A DNA stretch of 64,000 nucleotides from Haliotis rufescens (taxonomy: Eukaryota): assembly GCF_023055435.1 (NCBI RefSeq), contig NW_025963857.1, forward strand, positions 11,842,001 to 11,906,000, written 5' to 3'. How positions within the stretch are numbered: the stretch's first letter is position 1; each line of letters opens with the position of its first letter. The position numbers were made by a program, and so were the translations under genes. This document shows positions 13,024 to 24,812 of the stretch, in pieces. A model generated the notes under the pieces. It saw only the letters and a program-made list of their open reading frames with translations, did not search any database and was not told the DNA's origin.

Positions 13024-13286
13024 TTGTTGTTGTTTGTTGTTTAACGCCGCACTCAGCACTATTCCAGATAGATGACGGCGGTCTGCAAATTATCGTGTCT
13101 GGACCAGACAATCCAGTGACTGACATCATGAGCATCTATCCACGCAATTGGAATACGATGATATACATCAACCAAGTCAGCGAGCCTGACCATCCGATCC
13201 CATTAGTCGCCTCTAACGACAAGCATAGTCGTTTTACGGCAAGCATGGGTTGCTGAAGACCTATTCTACCCCGGATCTTCACATGT
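13024..13286 (-). mobile_element. Family A element, full length with 16-bp TSD
   Basis: CTTTATATCCCCTTTG at 13008-13023 and 13287-13302. Confidence 0.9.
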
Positions 13287-13314
13287 CTTTATATCCCCTT
13301 TGCCAAAAACTCAC

Positions 13315-13396
13315 TTCTCTATGTGATCCGGTTAGAAAATTCCAGTTGGCCGGCCAGATCTTAGCGGCAGCCTCTTCCTGAGTGATGTGACCCTTC
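13315..13396 (-). CDS. CIMIP1: CIMIP1/C20orf85 homologue, coding exon 2 (WKGHITQEEAAAKIWPANWNFLTGSHRE)
   Basis: Acceptor TTTTTTCAG, donor GAA|GTGAGT, 82 nt, phases fit both neighbours; WPANWNFLT resembles WPQNWGFLT. Confidence 0.9.
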
Positions 13397-13463
13397 CTGA
13401 AAAAAGCCAAAAACAATTAAACATAAATATGTATGTTCTCTCACAGTTTTATTCCAACTATTT

Positions 13464-13626
13464 AGTGAGTGAGTATTGTTTTACGCCACTTTTAGCAATA
13501 TTCCAACATTATCAAGGCCGGGTGCAGCAGAAATGGGCTTCACACATTATACCCATGTGGGGAATCGAATCCGAGTCATCGGCGTGACGAGGGAACACTT
13601 TCACCTCTAGGCTACCCGACCGCCCC
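13464..13626 (-). mobile_element. Family B tRNA(Asp)-like SINE
   Basis: A box TAGCCTAGAGG, B box-like GATTCGATTCC, GTCAC anticodon-arm remnant, (ACTC)n tail. Confidence 0.85.
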
Positions 13627-13761
13627 TACAACTACGTAGAGTAATGTTTGTAATCAACTCCAGATTTTAAATTAGGAATGTCTGAATTCAGAACCGGGGA
13701 AAAAAGCATTTACCCGCAAGACGTTGAGAACATTTCCTTTCTTTTGGGTTTTGTGCATAAA

Positions 13762-14105
13762 CACCCCACTCAGAGCCGACCAGTCATTCTCTATCCCCTG
13801 AGCGCCAGACAGGGTAACAATAAGTACCATATTGAACGTCTATTGTATAACGCGGCCAGGGACCGAACGCCCGACCTTCCGCTCTCCGGGCAGACGCTCT
13901 ATCCACTACACCATGGAGGCGGCCTCCGGGCAGACGCTCTATCCACTACACCATGGAGGCGGCCTCCGGCCAGACGCTCTATCCACTACACCATGGAGGC
14001 GGCCTCCGGGCAGACGCTCTTTCCACTACACCACGGAGGCGGCCTCCGGGCAGACGCTCTATCCACTACACCACGGAGGCGGTCTCCGGGCACATGCTCT
14101 GTCCA
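13762..14105 (-). mobile_element. Family C SINE (internally deleted) whose 5' 40 bp are tandemly amplified
   Basis: 40-bp unit CTCCGGGCAGACGCTCTATCCACTACACCATGGAGGCGGC repeated about 5.5 times from 13884. Confidence 0.85.
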
Positions 14106-14146
14106 CGTTATAGGGTATTATGAAGTGTTTGTGAACTTTGTGGTGC

Positions 14147-14257
14147 AGGATCCTGTTCCACAAAGCGGCCGCAGCGCAATAACAGTCGTAAGTCTATGTT
14201 TAAGTATGTGAGTTACGATCACTTTACGCTACGATAGCTTTGTGGAACGGACCCCTG
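14147..14257. mobile_element. Short MITE
   Basis: Imperfect TIR CAGGATCCTGTTCCACAAAGC / GCTTTGTGGAACGGACCCCTG; related half at about 6708. Confidence 0.6.
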
Positions 14258-14436
14258 ATTTTTAAAGGTATGCCGTTGTATGGTATTAAATTAATACGTG
14301 TCAACTTTTAATGTGTTTGAAGTAATATAGCTTTAAACTCAATAATTTGATCATGCTGTGGATCGCGGAGATGTCTGCCTATTCACACACGACAGTGAAA
14401 TTTAACTAAACGCTATAAACGGCAAGTTATGAATAA

Positions 14437-14830
14437 AATACTAAACGAGCTCCCGTGTAATACCAATTTTATGAAACGAGTGAATAATTCCGGTATCTGA
14501 CGACCGAAAGCGAGTCAGATACCAGAACTATTCACTAGTGTCGTAAAATTGATATTACACGGGAGCTCGTTTAGTATTCTATCTATATTATCCTTACGAG
14601 TAAAATGATCGTATGTAGCAACTTTACGATATTTGCAAATTTTACATTTTAGCGATTCTCAATGCTGAGTGGTCTATTGAAGACATATGACGTCACAGTG
14701 TTTCATTGTTGAGAAAATACGATATGACGTCATCCATTGTTCATGACGCCACAAATTGATTACATTACGTCATCTGAACAATAGGCTGCATTCAGTGTAT
14801 TTTCTCTGTAGGGTTGACATTTCATACGTT
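14437..14830. mobile_element. Foldback-type non-autonomous element: 142-nt palindrome plus body repeated at 17890-18110
   Basis: About 65-bp arms at 14437-14578; ATTCTCAATGCTGA..GGTC, CGTCACAGTG..TCATTGTT shared with second copy. Confidence 0.65.
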
Positions 14831-15021
14831 TTTTTCTTCAATTTCCCTCTTAAACTGGTAATGAGTAATATGAAGAATAACCCCCTCGAAACTCAGATTT
14901 ACGGGGTACCTGTCCCTCGTGTATGAAAACGCCATATGCTCGGGATTACCACCATTAATTCACTTGGGAGAGACATACGTAGTTCCTCGTAGCTAGTTGG
15001 TTATTCTCTAAATCTTTCCCC

Positions 15022-15109
15022 AATGACCTATGATTGGGGGTTCGAATCCCGGTTCGCCCCAATTATGTTTCTAGGTTTGTCAGCACCATACCCGTGCTCG
15101 TGGGTTTCA
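15022..15109 (+). mobile_element. Family D SINE fragment abutting the 108-bp satellite
   Basis: GGTTCGAATCCCGGTTCGCCCC...CGTGCTCGTGGGTTTCA. Confidence 0.75.
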
Positions 15110-15112
15110 TTT

Positions 15113-16470
15113 CAATTTTCTTATCTAAATAGGCATGTATAACATTGCCGAATAATCTACAAAAGAGATTTCGTGCTCTTTAGAACCGTTCATCTATTTC
15201 TGCCCATGAGTATAAGGACACAATTTCCTTATTTAAATAGGCATGTATAACATTGCCGAATAATCTACAAACGAGATTTCGTGCCCTTTAGAACTGTTCC
15301 TCTATTTCTGTCCATGAGTATAAGGTCACAATTTTCTTATTTAAATAGGCATGTATAACATTGCCGAATAATCTACAAACGAGATTTCGTGCCCTTTAGA
15401 ACTGTTCCTCTATTTCTGTCCATGAGTATAAGGTCACAATTTTCTTATTTAAATAGGCATGTAAATAAGAAAATTGTGTCCTTATGCTCATAACAAGTAT
15501 AAAACTGCCGAATAATCTACAAATGAGATTTCCTGCTCTTTAGAACCGTTCCTCTATTTCTGTCCATGAGTATAATGAAACAATTTTCTTATTTAAATAG
15601 GCATGTATAACATTGCCGAATAATCTACAAACGAGATTTCTTGTTCTTAAGAACCTTTCCTCTATTTCTGCCCATGAGTATAAGGAAACAATTTTCTTAT
15701 TTAAATAGGCATGTATAACATTGCCGAATAATCTACAAACGAGATTTCTTGTTCTTAAGAACCTTTCCTCTATTTCTGCCCATGAGTATAAGGAAACAAT
15801 TTTCTTATTTAAATAGGCATGTATAACATTGCCGAATAATCTACAAACGAGATTTCTTGTTCTTAAGAACCTTTCCTCTATTTCTGCCCATGAGTATAAG
15901 GAAACAATTTTCTAATTTAAACAGGCATGTATAACATTGCCGAATAATCTACAAACGAGATTTCTTGTTCTTAAGAACCTTTCCTCTATTTCTGCCCATG
16001 AGTATAAGGGCACAATTTTCTTATTTAAATAGGCACGTATAACATTGCCGAATAATCTACTAACGACATTTCGTGCTCTTTAGAACCGTTCCTCTATTTC
16101 TGTCCATGAGAATAATGAAACAATTTTCTTATTTAAATAGGCACGTATTACATTGCCGAATAATCTACAAACGAGATTTCTTGTTCTTAAGAACCTTTCC
16201 TCTATTTCTGCCCATGAGTATAAGGAAACAATTTTCTAATTTAAATAGGCATGTATAACATTGCCGAATAATCTACAAACGAGATTTCTTGTTCTTAAGA
16301 ACCTTTCCTCTATTTCTGCCCATGAGTATAAGGAAACAATTTTCTAATTTAAACAGGCATGTATAACATTGCCGAATAATCTACAAACGAGATTTCTTGT
16401 TCTTAAGAACCTTTCCTCTATTTCTGCCCATGAGTATAAGGAAACAATTTTCTAATTTAAATAGGCATGT
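15113..16470. repeat. 108-bp tandem satellite, about 12 copies, in CIMIP1 intron 1
   Basis: Unit starts at 15114, 15222, 15330. Confidence 0.95.
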
Positions 16471-16866
16471 GAAAGCATGACTGACCCCACGTTGGGCGAA
16501 TGTGTTAGCGAATCCTTACTCCATGTTATTTTACGTCAATGCACGTGATATCCTGTTTCCATATCAGGATACAGCATGAATAGACCAACATAGCATTACG
16601 AGTTTCACATAACTGTATTCCTGAAAATAGTTGTAGGTAGTTCAAGGTAGTGACAAGTAAACGTTGGGAAAACAGGAAGTCATTTGTATAAACTATAAAA
16701 GCCAACATCCCAGAGCAGCCGGAATACGAGCGTTAACGTGTTGCAGCATTCTCAGAACAGAAGTTTGTTCCCTCAAAGCTCAAAGCTATGTGAGTGAGTG
16801 AGTGAGTGAGTGAGTGAGTGAGTGAGTGAGTGAGTGGACACCTTAACCGACGCAATACTTTAAAAA

Positions 16867-16938
16867 GAGGTGAGGTGAGGTGACATGGGGTTTAACGTCG
16901 CGTTCAAGATTAATGCCCTTATATAATGACGTGCATGC

Positions 16939-16992
<54 letters not shown>

Positions 16993-17222
16993 TGTTCTTG
17001 TCCGTACAATTGCCGAGTTTATAGCGTTAGCTAACTGAGATACCATGCCGCAGTTTAACAAGGGTACCCCACTAAGACACACTATACTGACCCCGAGCCG
17101 GCCAGGCCTTGATTTAGCCCCTTAGTGTCGAGCGACAGGCAGAGTAACAACAAGTACCATCTTTTACCGGGGATCGAACCCATGCTCTTCCGCTCTATCC
17201 ACTAGATCACGGAGGCGGGGTC
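16867..17222 (-). mobile_element. Family C SINE with internal (CA)n
   Basis: (ACCTC)n tail, Meta-like core, partly deleted head. Confidence 0.8.
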
Positions 17223-17470
17223 GTTTTAAAGATGTCTTGTAACACTTTTGTTAGGACTGGTAATAGGGTAGTTATTATTGTATGCAGCCAACTAAATATT
17301 GGGGAAAGAGACACACGCGAGTCACTGTATTAACAAGACAATCAACTGTCTTCCCGCTCACCTGAGCCAATGCTTTTACGCTGTTTTCAGCATGTATTTT
17401 TCACCCATTGCGAGCAACGCCAACACTGGCTAAACACGGTACACCGATGCGGGGAATCTTAACCAGGTCG

Positions 17471-17695
17471 GCTGTTTGTTTGTTGTTTTAACGCCACATT
17501 CAGCAACATTCTAGCTATATGACGGCAGAATGTAAATAATCGTGTCTAGGAGAGACACTCCAGAGACTGATGTTGTCAACAACGATCCACGCCGCAATCA
17601 ACCAAGTCACTGATCCTGGACACCCGATCCATTAAGTCCCCTTCTACGACGAAAAGGTTACTGTGGGTCAATTCCAACCCGGAATCCAAACACGG
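17471..17695 (-). mobile_element. Old family A element
   Basis: Degenerate similarity along whole length. Confidence 0.65.
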
Positions 17696-18269
17696 CCAAA
17701 ACACCTCTGGGACGAGCCAACACTTTAACCACCCGTCTAAACTGACGAGCCAACTGTCTAAACTGACGAGGCCAACCGTCTAAACGGTCGTCTCTATGGT
17801 CAACAGGCTGGTGACTCAGGCCGCTTCAAGGCACTATAGCGACGACACGCAAATGTAGTATATCAACAGTGAGTATTGTTTAACGTCATGTATTACCCAT
17901 AAGGGTAGAATGATCGTTTGTTATAACTTTCCGTTATATATCGTATGTGTACTTTAGCAATTCTCAATGCTGATTGGTCAGTTGAAGTCATAATACGTCA
18001 CAGTGCTTCATTGTTCTGACTTCTGAAATTGATTACATGGCGTCATAAGAACAATTGCGACCTTCATTGATGATTATCTGTCCTATCTGACATGTCCTAC
18101 GTTTTTCTTCGCGATTATCTGAAGGAATGCTGTAAGTCCCTTTGCCAAAGGCTCTAGATTAACACCATTCATTCATTCATTCATTCATTCATTCATTCAT
18201 TCGGGACATAATCCATAATTCCTCGGAGCGATTTGATCTTATTATCATCCAAAACTGTCTTCAACGGAA

Positions 18270-18555
18270 GATATCGCTTGATAAAAGTGGATAAAAGTGG
18301 AAAAAATTCTCGGCAAGCCTCGGAGTTTTTCCACTTTTATCAACTCGTGTTGATATATTTGATATCAAAAGTCACTCGAGTGAGATTCTCTATTTATACA
18401 CTCTTGGCACTGGTTATGAGTGTTTACAAACTGAAAATGTTGGAAGCGTGATTTTGGATGATGAATAGAATCTCACTCTCGTGTCTTTTGACATCACATA
18501 TATCAACACGCGTTGATAAAGGTATAAAACTTTAATCGACTTGTGTTGATATATT
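18270..18555. mobile_element. Foldback/hairpin element remnants
   Basis: Inverted repeat TTTATCAACTCGTGTTGATATATTTGATATCAAAAGTCACTCGAGTGAGATTCT versus its complement near 18465-18520; local hairpin around CTCGGCAAGCCTCGG. Confidence 0.6.
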
Positions 18556-18740
18556 GTTGGGTAAGTATCAATATTCCAGCAATGTTACTGCAGAGAGTCG
18601 ACATGTTTAGGAATCGAACCCGGAACTTCTGAATGTTAAATAAAACAAACGCGGTTGAAACATTTTCATAGTTAAATTCAAAAGGTCAAAGCTGATAACG
18701 GAGAGTCAGCAACTGAAGTAATATAATGTAATTTCGTATT

Positions 18741-19010
18741 TTTTGTTTGTTTGTTTGTTGTTAAACGCCACACTCAGCAATATTCCAACTATATGACGGC
18801 GGTCTGTAAACAATCGAGTCTGAACAAGACGATCCAGTGATTAACATCATTAGCATCGATCCACGCAATTGGTAAACGATGACCTGTATTAACCAAGTCA
18901 GCGAGCCTGACCACGCGCTCCCGTTGGTCGCCTCTCACTACAAGCATAGTCGCCTTTTACCTCAAGCATTGGATGTTGAAGACCTATTCTCACACGGTTC
19001 TTCAATGGGT
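18741..19010 (-). mobile_element. Family A element
   Basis: Similarity to 4822-5087, (GTTT)n at left. Confidence 0.85.
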
Positions 19011-19160
19011 TATATCCGTATTAACGTAGCCATTATGCCCCCGGTCCGCGGTTTAATTTGCTCATACAAGCGTGGGATATCCACTCTGTCCTTAATCCGT
19101 TATAGGCAGGTAGACACTATGAACATACAATGCCATTTAGAAATTGGTACTTGTCATAGG

Positions 19161-19414
19161 GGTACACAAAGTACGTGATCTAGACGACTAGTTGTCGGAC
19201 TTTCATTTTTGTGGAAGCCTGGTGATTGAGTGGGTTAGATCGCTGACTTTGTGTGCTGGCGATTAGGTGCCTCACTCTGGCGGTGTGGGTTCGAATCCCG
19301 GACGGGACTCAACCCCCAAATGTACGAGAATCTGTACTTTACAAAGAAAGTGTTATCCCAAATATAACATTTGTTACAGGTAGACGCTGTTCTTTCATAC
19401 TCAGAATATATACA
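19161..19414 (+). mobile_element. Single-copy tRNA-related element (SINE-like or tRNA-bearing LTR-like)
   Basis: A box-like TGATTGAGTGG and B box GGTTCGAATCCC; lacks the shared SINE tail; ends TATATACA; boundaries uncertain. Confidence 0.45.
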
Positions 19415-20196
19415 ATAATAAAATAGCCAACGGAAGCATTGGCTGAAAACTGATACGTAAATGAAACCCATAAACTAGAACACGAATGTTTATTCTTTAA
19501 AAATTACCGATTAATTGTGAAACAGCGCAAATGTGTTTGGTCGTAAACTATGCACCATCAGTAAGCCATGTCATACGAAATACAATATTAGACACGGTTG
19601 ATGGATTAACGATTGTGATGTTTAAAACGTGAAAGACAAAACTGATACTTAAAACAGAATGAAGGAACTGGCGGAAAGGAAGCATCTGTTAACGAATGTT
19701 AACCATGGTCGTATATCCTACAAAAACACACGTTCCCTCTTTGTAGAGTGAAAAATAATACAGAATGGTCGCTGTCAGTGTTCATCGGAACGTATACCAC
19801 AACTAAACGCATAATTCCCCGCAGTTGGGGGCAGCAACGGATCAGTGAACACTAAAGCTAACTAACAAATCATATCGATTATCTGTTATTAAACAATGCG
19901 TGATTGTATTTACACTAGATAGGGAACTGTTAACATTGTTCAACCAACAGACGATGATTTGTTCGAATTACTATCGTAATAAGTCAGATAATTATTCTTG
20001 TTGTATTTTTTGGTGTACAATTATATTGTTTGTTATTGCTAGGGAATATAATCAATGGTATCAAATATAATGTGCCGCATTGTATAGAATCGGCAGGGAG
20101 ATAACTATTATCTTGGTCAGGCTGTACTTGACACCGAAATTGATCACTAAAACAATATGGCGGACAGGCGACCCCGGCAGACGACATTTTACTCAC

Positions 20197-20276
20197 CAGA
20201 TTTGATCTTGAGCTACGTAGTTGCAGTTTGCCAGAGCTTTACCCGTGGGTTTACCCCCAGTGACTCCCGACGCCAT
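20197..20276 (-). CDS. CIMIP1: CIMIP1/C20orf85 homologue, coding exon 1 (MASGVTGGKPTGKALANCNYVAQDQI+TG)
   Basis: AAAATGGCG start, 80 nt, phase-2 donor CTG|GTGAGT at 20196; NYVAQDQIW resembles NLVGQDEIW of human C20orf85 (recalled sequence). Confidence 0.9.
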
Positions 20277-20377
20277 TTTTAACTGTCAAATTCCGGGTAA
20301 GGCCTCCTAGGTACCCTTATCCCCCTTCCCCGACCCTCAGTCGGTTATGGCGTACTGGCCTGTTTGGTTTGCCACGT

Positions 20378-20391
20378 GCTACCATGGCGAC
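20378..20391 (-). promoter_or_regulatory. RFX X-box-like site upstream of CIMIP1
   Basis: GTCGCCATGGTAGC about 100 nt upstream of the ATG, one mismatch to GTYNCYATRGNAAC; forkhead cores GTAAACA at 20421-20427 and 20528-20534. Confidence 0.6.
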
Positions 20392-21291
20392 AGGACGCTC
20401 TTATCCACCTGTCGCGATAGGTAAACAGCTGATTGAGCCTATGTGTTGGGTTTGCTTTCGTTAACCTAGGGACCGAGCAAGTCTCATGTTATGCTTATCG
20501 TCCCTTGGCCATGTGGTTGTCAGGCATGTAAACACGTCTAGGATAAGGCAAACAAGTGTACATACTTATTAAGTTCGGGGTGTCGTGCGTTGGACTAAAC
20601 TCTTGGCGGGAGCGTCCGGGTGAGACTGTCGGTTAATCTATAGCTATAATGCAGTGCTATGACACACAGATTGCATGCTTAAGTGATCGCGGGCTGCAAG
20701 AGAGACATTCGAGGCATACGTCTAGGGACTATTGAACTATCTATATTGAATGAGGTGCGTGTCGGGAATATTGTTTTAAAGTGTTTTAAAAGATTTTATG
20801 ACTCTAGTAATGTATTACTTCCAGCAGTTTGTCAATTTCCAACACAAAATGTTCTTATTAACAATATCGACGTAGATCGGATTCGCGGCAAATATAAGTC
20901 TCCTGCCCCACTTACTAAATAATTGCCAGACTGACTGATAGACGGTATGAAGAACGAATAATGAATAAATTAGGACTTGAAGCATAAATCGTGAAAACTA
21001 TCAACACGTTTCTTGTTTAAATGAACGAACCCACTACGCAATTGTTAAACAGAAACATTAAAACACAACCAGACCACTTCTTTTAATCCTGTTTATGGCA
21101 AACACGGGAATATCAGTTCGCGGAACATGACGAGCACAAGAACTCTTTTTATCAGGAATCTAGAAATATATTCTTTTATTGTACGTTACTCAGCAACCTA
21201 AGGCCAAGTATATTTCTTGTCTCGGAAATATGGGTCAAACTAGTTTTTTTCGATTTCCGACTCACTCCAACACACATTCACAAAAATACTA

Positions 21292-21465
21292 CAGTAAACT
21301 TCGGTTATAACGAACTCAAAGGGACCACTAATTTAAGTTCGTAATAACCGTAGTTCGTTATAAGCATGTAACAGCATATATACAACAAATCGCCGGGACT
21401 ACAAACTAAGTTCGTTATATCGGTCAGTTCGTTATGAGCGTGTTCGTTATAAACGTCGTTTACTG
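21292..21465. mobile_element. pogo/Tigger-type MITE
   Basis: TA-CAGTAAACTTCGGTTATAACGAAC ... GTTTACTG. Confidence 0.85.
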
Positions 21466-22559
21466 TTAATGAAAACAGCGATACATATAGGCATATAGGG
21501 TATGTTAACGGGTGTGTCCTATGTTCAAAAATAAAACATGAGGATATGACATAGACATACAGAGTATATTTTTGAGTTAATTTTTCACACACGAACGAAA
21601 AACTGTTGAGCCGGAACTGAATTGAGCCAAAAACTCGGGTTAATTTTTAGTGTCGGTCGGTGATGTGAATCGGTTTTTTAATCTGGCCTTACCCAACAAC
21701 CTCAACAAAGTCATGATGTTATAGAACGCCGCTGTGGCGTTTCCAAGGACGAGATATACATGACTGGTTCAAGCCAGACGATACAGAGCATGTAGTGTCT
21801 ATAACATGAGTCAGGGTTTGATAGAGCATCGTCTGTCCTTGTATCACCGCCTTCCTTGATAGAGCAATGCTTCTGCATCAGAGGAGATTCAGACAGTATC
21901 GTCAGACTCAGTTTTCGACCCTACAGACTGTAGACTATATAACCCAGCTATGAGTCACTGACACAGTCACCAGACGACATCCTGCACGTGCTGACATTTA
22001 TCACAGCGGCACCTTACGGCGGTAATTTGCTAACAAAGACTTTCGGGTCTTGTATCCCAACTGATTAAGCAATCAATTTGTCTAGGAAACATCCAACGCC
22101 ATTGTAACTGCGCATATAAACATAGGGGTATCAATACCAAGACTTCAATTGCTTGTGACCCGTGACCTGATCAGGAGTATGAAAACATATGATGATAATT
22201 GAAGGGAGGCATTGCAACGTTAAAATAAATGTACGTTTGTCTGTCAAGACAGGGTTAAAAGTGAGGTCCTGTTTCAGACATTGTCAAATGATTTATGAAC
22301 GCGCTTTTCAGCTGCATTTCGAAACTGCTGAACGTGATTCAAAATAGAAATGATAACAAGAAAACGATGAGCGGGGGATGTTTTAAAGCAGTTAGGGGTA
22401 GTTTGAAACCAACATCTGACTTGTCACACCGACATAGGTGTGTTTGTTTGATGTGTGTGATGTGTGTGCGTGCGTGTGTGTGTGTGATGCGTCTATACCA
22501 TTACTGGTCAAAAGTTCTAAGCCTTCAAGATCAGATAGAACGTTATGGCCACTGTACTA

Positions 22560-22810
22560 TGGGATGTAAAGGGTGTGATCCTTGTTGATTACTCAGAAAG
22601 TCAACGGTGCCTACTATGCTGATTTGCTTCATCGCCTGAGAGATTCTATCAAAGAAAAGCGGCGAGGAATGCTGACTGCTGCAGTTCTACTACTTCATGA
22701 CAATGCCTCTTCTCACACATCTCGACTTGCAAAGGGTGCTGTGCGACAATGCTGGTTCGAAGAGCTTCCTCACCTTTCGTACTCGCCAGACCTGGCACCA
22801 GGTGATTTCC
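22560..22810 (+). pseudogene. mariner transposase C-terminal fragment
   Basis: NGAYYADLL...KEKRRG...LLHDNASSH...YSPDLAPGDF. Confidence 0.85.
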
Positions 22811-23181
22811 CTGTAAAGAAGATAGAAACATTGTAATGCAGAATATGAATTTAGACTTTAGAATCTCTGTTTGAAATTGAAAAAAAATGTACTTCTTTTT
22901 AGTAACCCCATGAAGCCCGTCTTACTCTAAAGCATATCAAGCACATGGCTCTTGTTGAATAAGCTTTGTGCTTTGAGACTGTTTTAGATCCTTCTTCTTT
23001 CGTTTGATTGTTAAAAGTATTGATAGGATATTGACTACCACGTTTCAAATAATGAGCCCGAATGTTCTTCAACGCCACAGTGAGCAGAATTCCATGCTAT
23101 ACGACATCGTTGAAAACCCAGACAGGCAATCAAGTCGTTGATATTTTAAACAACTGCCCACACGTATTCCATGACACACAC

Positions 23182-23207
23182 CAGGGGCAGATCCAGTCAC
23201 ATAAAAA

Positions 23208-23239
<32 letters not shown>

Positions 23240-23412
23240 GGGTGGGTGGGGTGGGGGGTTGTGTGCACATTATGCCCAAGTGACGGGGGTCTGTGAACAT
23301 GTAAAGTGTCTGAAAAAAGGCCACACCCACACCCCCACACCCACCCCCACCCCACACGCTCCCACTCCCACTCCCACTCCACATACACCTAACCCATCTT
23401 GATCCGCTGCAC
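23182..23412. mobile_element. MITE-like element with G-run and C-run arms
   Basis: CAGGGGCAGATCCAG start, degenerate CTTGATCCGC end; G tract 23207-23258, C tract 23321-23385. Confidence 0.45.
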
Positions 23413-23546
23413 GCCCAAACAGGTGCAACGTCCATATCCCCATTTTAACCGTCAAGCATGGGACAAGCATGCGATTTTCTTCCCATCTGCATCTCCATAA
23501 ATCAATAGACTTTAGTATAGTACTGACCAGTTGCCATTAGAAAGGC

Positions 23547-23795
23547 ACCCATGAAGATCCGGGGTAGAATAGGTCTTCAGCAACCCATACTTCCCGCAAG
23601 AGGCGACAGTGCTAGTCGTAAGAGGCAACTAACGGGATCGGGAGGTCAGGCTCGCTGACTTGGTTGATGCATGTCATCCCAATTGCGTGGATCGGTGCTC
23701 ATGTTGTCAATAACTGGATTGTCTGGTCCAGACTCGATTATTTTCAGGCCACCGTCATATAGCTGGAATATTACGGGGCTAAACAAACAAACAAA
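23547..23795 (+). mobile_element. Family A element, full length
   Basis: ACCCATGAAGATCCGGGG start; flanks TTAGAA(A/G)GG. Confidence 0.85.
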
Positions 23796-24249
23796 CTTTA
23801 GAAGGGTTTAGTGCGATTATTTGAATATGCGTATACTCTCTCCTAATATTATCTTCATATTGTTCACAAGGAAATATTTCCATTATTTTAAGCATTTATA
23901 AACGCTAAAACTTGCGAAAATAGTTCTCAATTAATCACTGCGGTCATTCACTGGTTGTGATAACCTTGAACACAGAGTTTGAAGTACTCGCGTTCGGTCA
24001 CAGAGTTCGTGGCTAGGGTTCCTAGTATAAACATCTTACAGCGTGTTATCAGCCTGTGTCACGTGATGTCACGCCGACCTCAACAACAGTTCTTTAAATA
24101 TTTGTAACGGTAAATGAGAAGAACAGATCGTCATGTGACGGTATAAAAAATATTCCTTGAAGCGTTTTAATAACTGTATCAATGTTCCGAGCTAAGATCT
24201 GGAGAGAGAATAGTTTTTCTACCACTGCTTCAAGACAAGCAAGTTTTTC

Positions 24250-24387
24250 AGCATTGTTTTAATATTCCAGTAATATCACGGCGGGGAGCACCAGAAATGG
24301 GCTTCACACATTGTACCCATGTGGGGAATCGAACCCGGGCCTTTGGCGTGACGAGCGAACGTTTTAACCACTGGGCTACCCTGTCGT
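24250..24387 (-). mobile_element. Family B SINE
   Basis: Similarity to 32617-32781. Confidence 0.8.
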
Positions 24388-24662
24388 CCCTGTTTTCCCT
24401 TGACGTGGGGAGCCAGGTAATTGGAACTACAACGCATGAAAGGTTTACAACAGTCGCGACGAAATGTGAAAACTCGTGTTATATTCATAAATATTTTGTA
24501 CACCCAAAATCATATTTACCTATGGTGCGTAAATGAATAAATAAAGACATATTTCATCAAACAATGAATATGAACAAGACAATATTTTAGGTAACTTTCT
24601 TCGTTTCCCTGTGTAAACATTTAATCTAAACCACGAGAATTTGCTGTTACGTGACAGTGGTT

Positions 24663-24812
24663 AGTGAGTATTGTTTTACGCCGCTTTTAGCAATATTCCA
24701 GCAATATCACGGCGGGGGACACCAGGAATGGGCTTCACACATTGTACTCATGTCGGGAATCGAACCCGCGTCTCCTCGTGACGAGCCAACGCTTTAACCA
24801 CTAGGCTGCCCC
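24663..24812 (-). mobile_element. Family B SINE
   Basis: Similarity to 32617-32781; flanks ACAGTG(G/A)T. Confidence 0.85.

Noticed and set aside
21690-21990. Possible DIRS tyrosine-recombinase remnant (KAVIQ...WKRHS on minus strand)
   Set aside because: Too little motif support without a search
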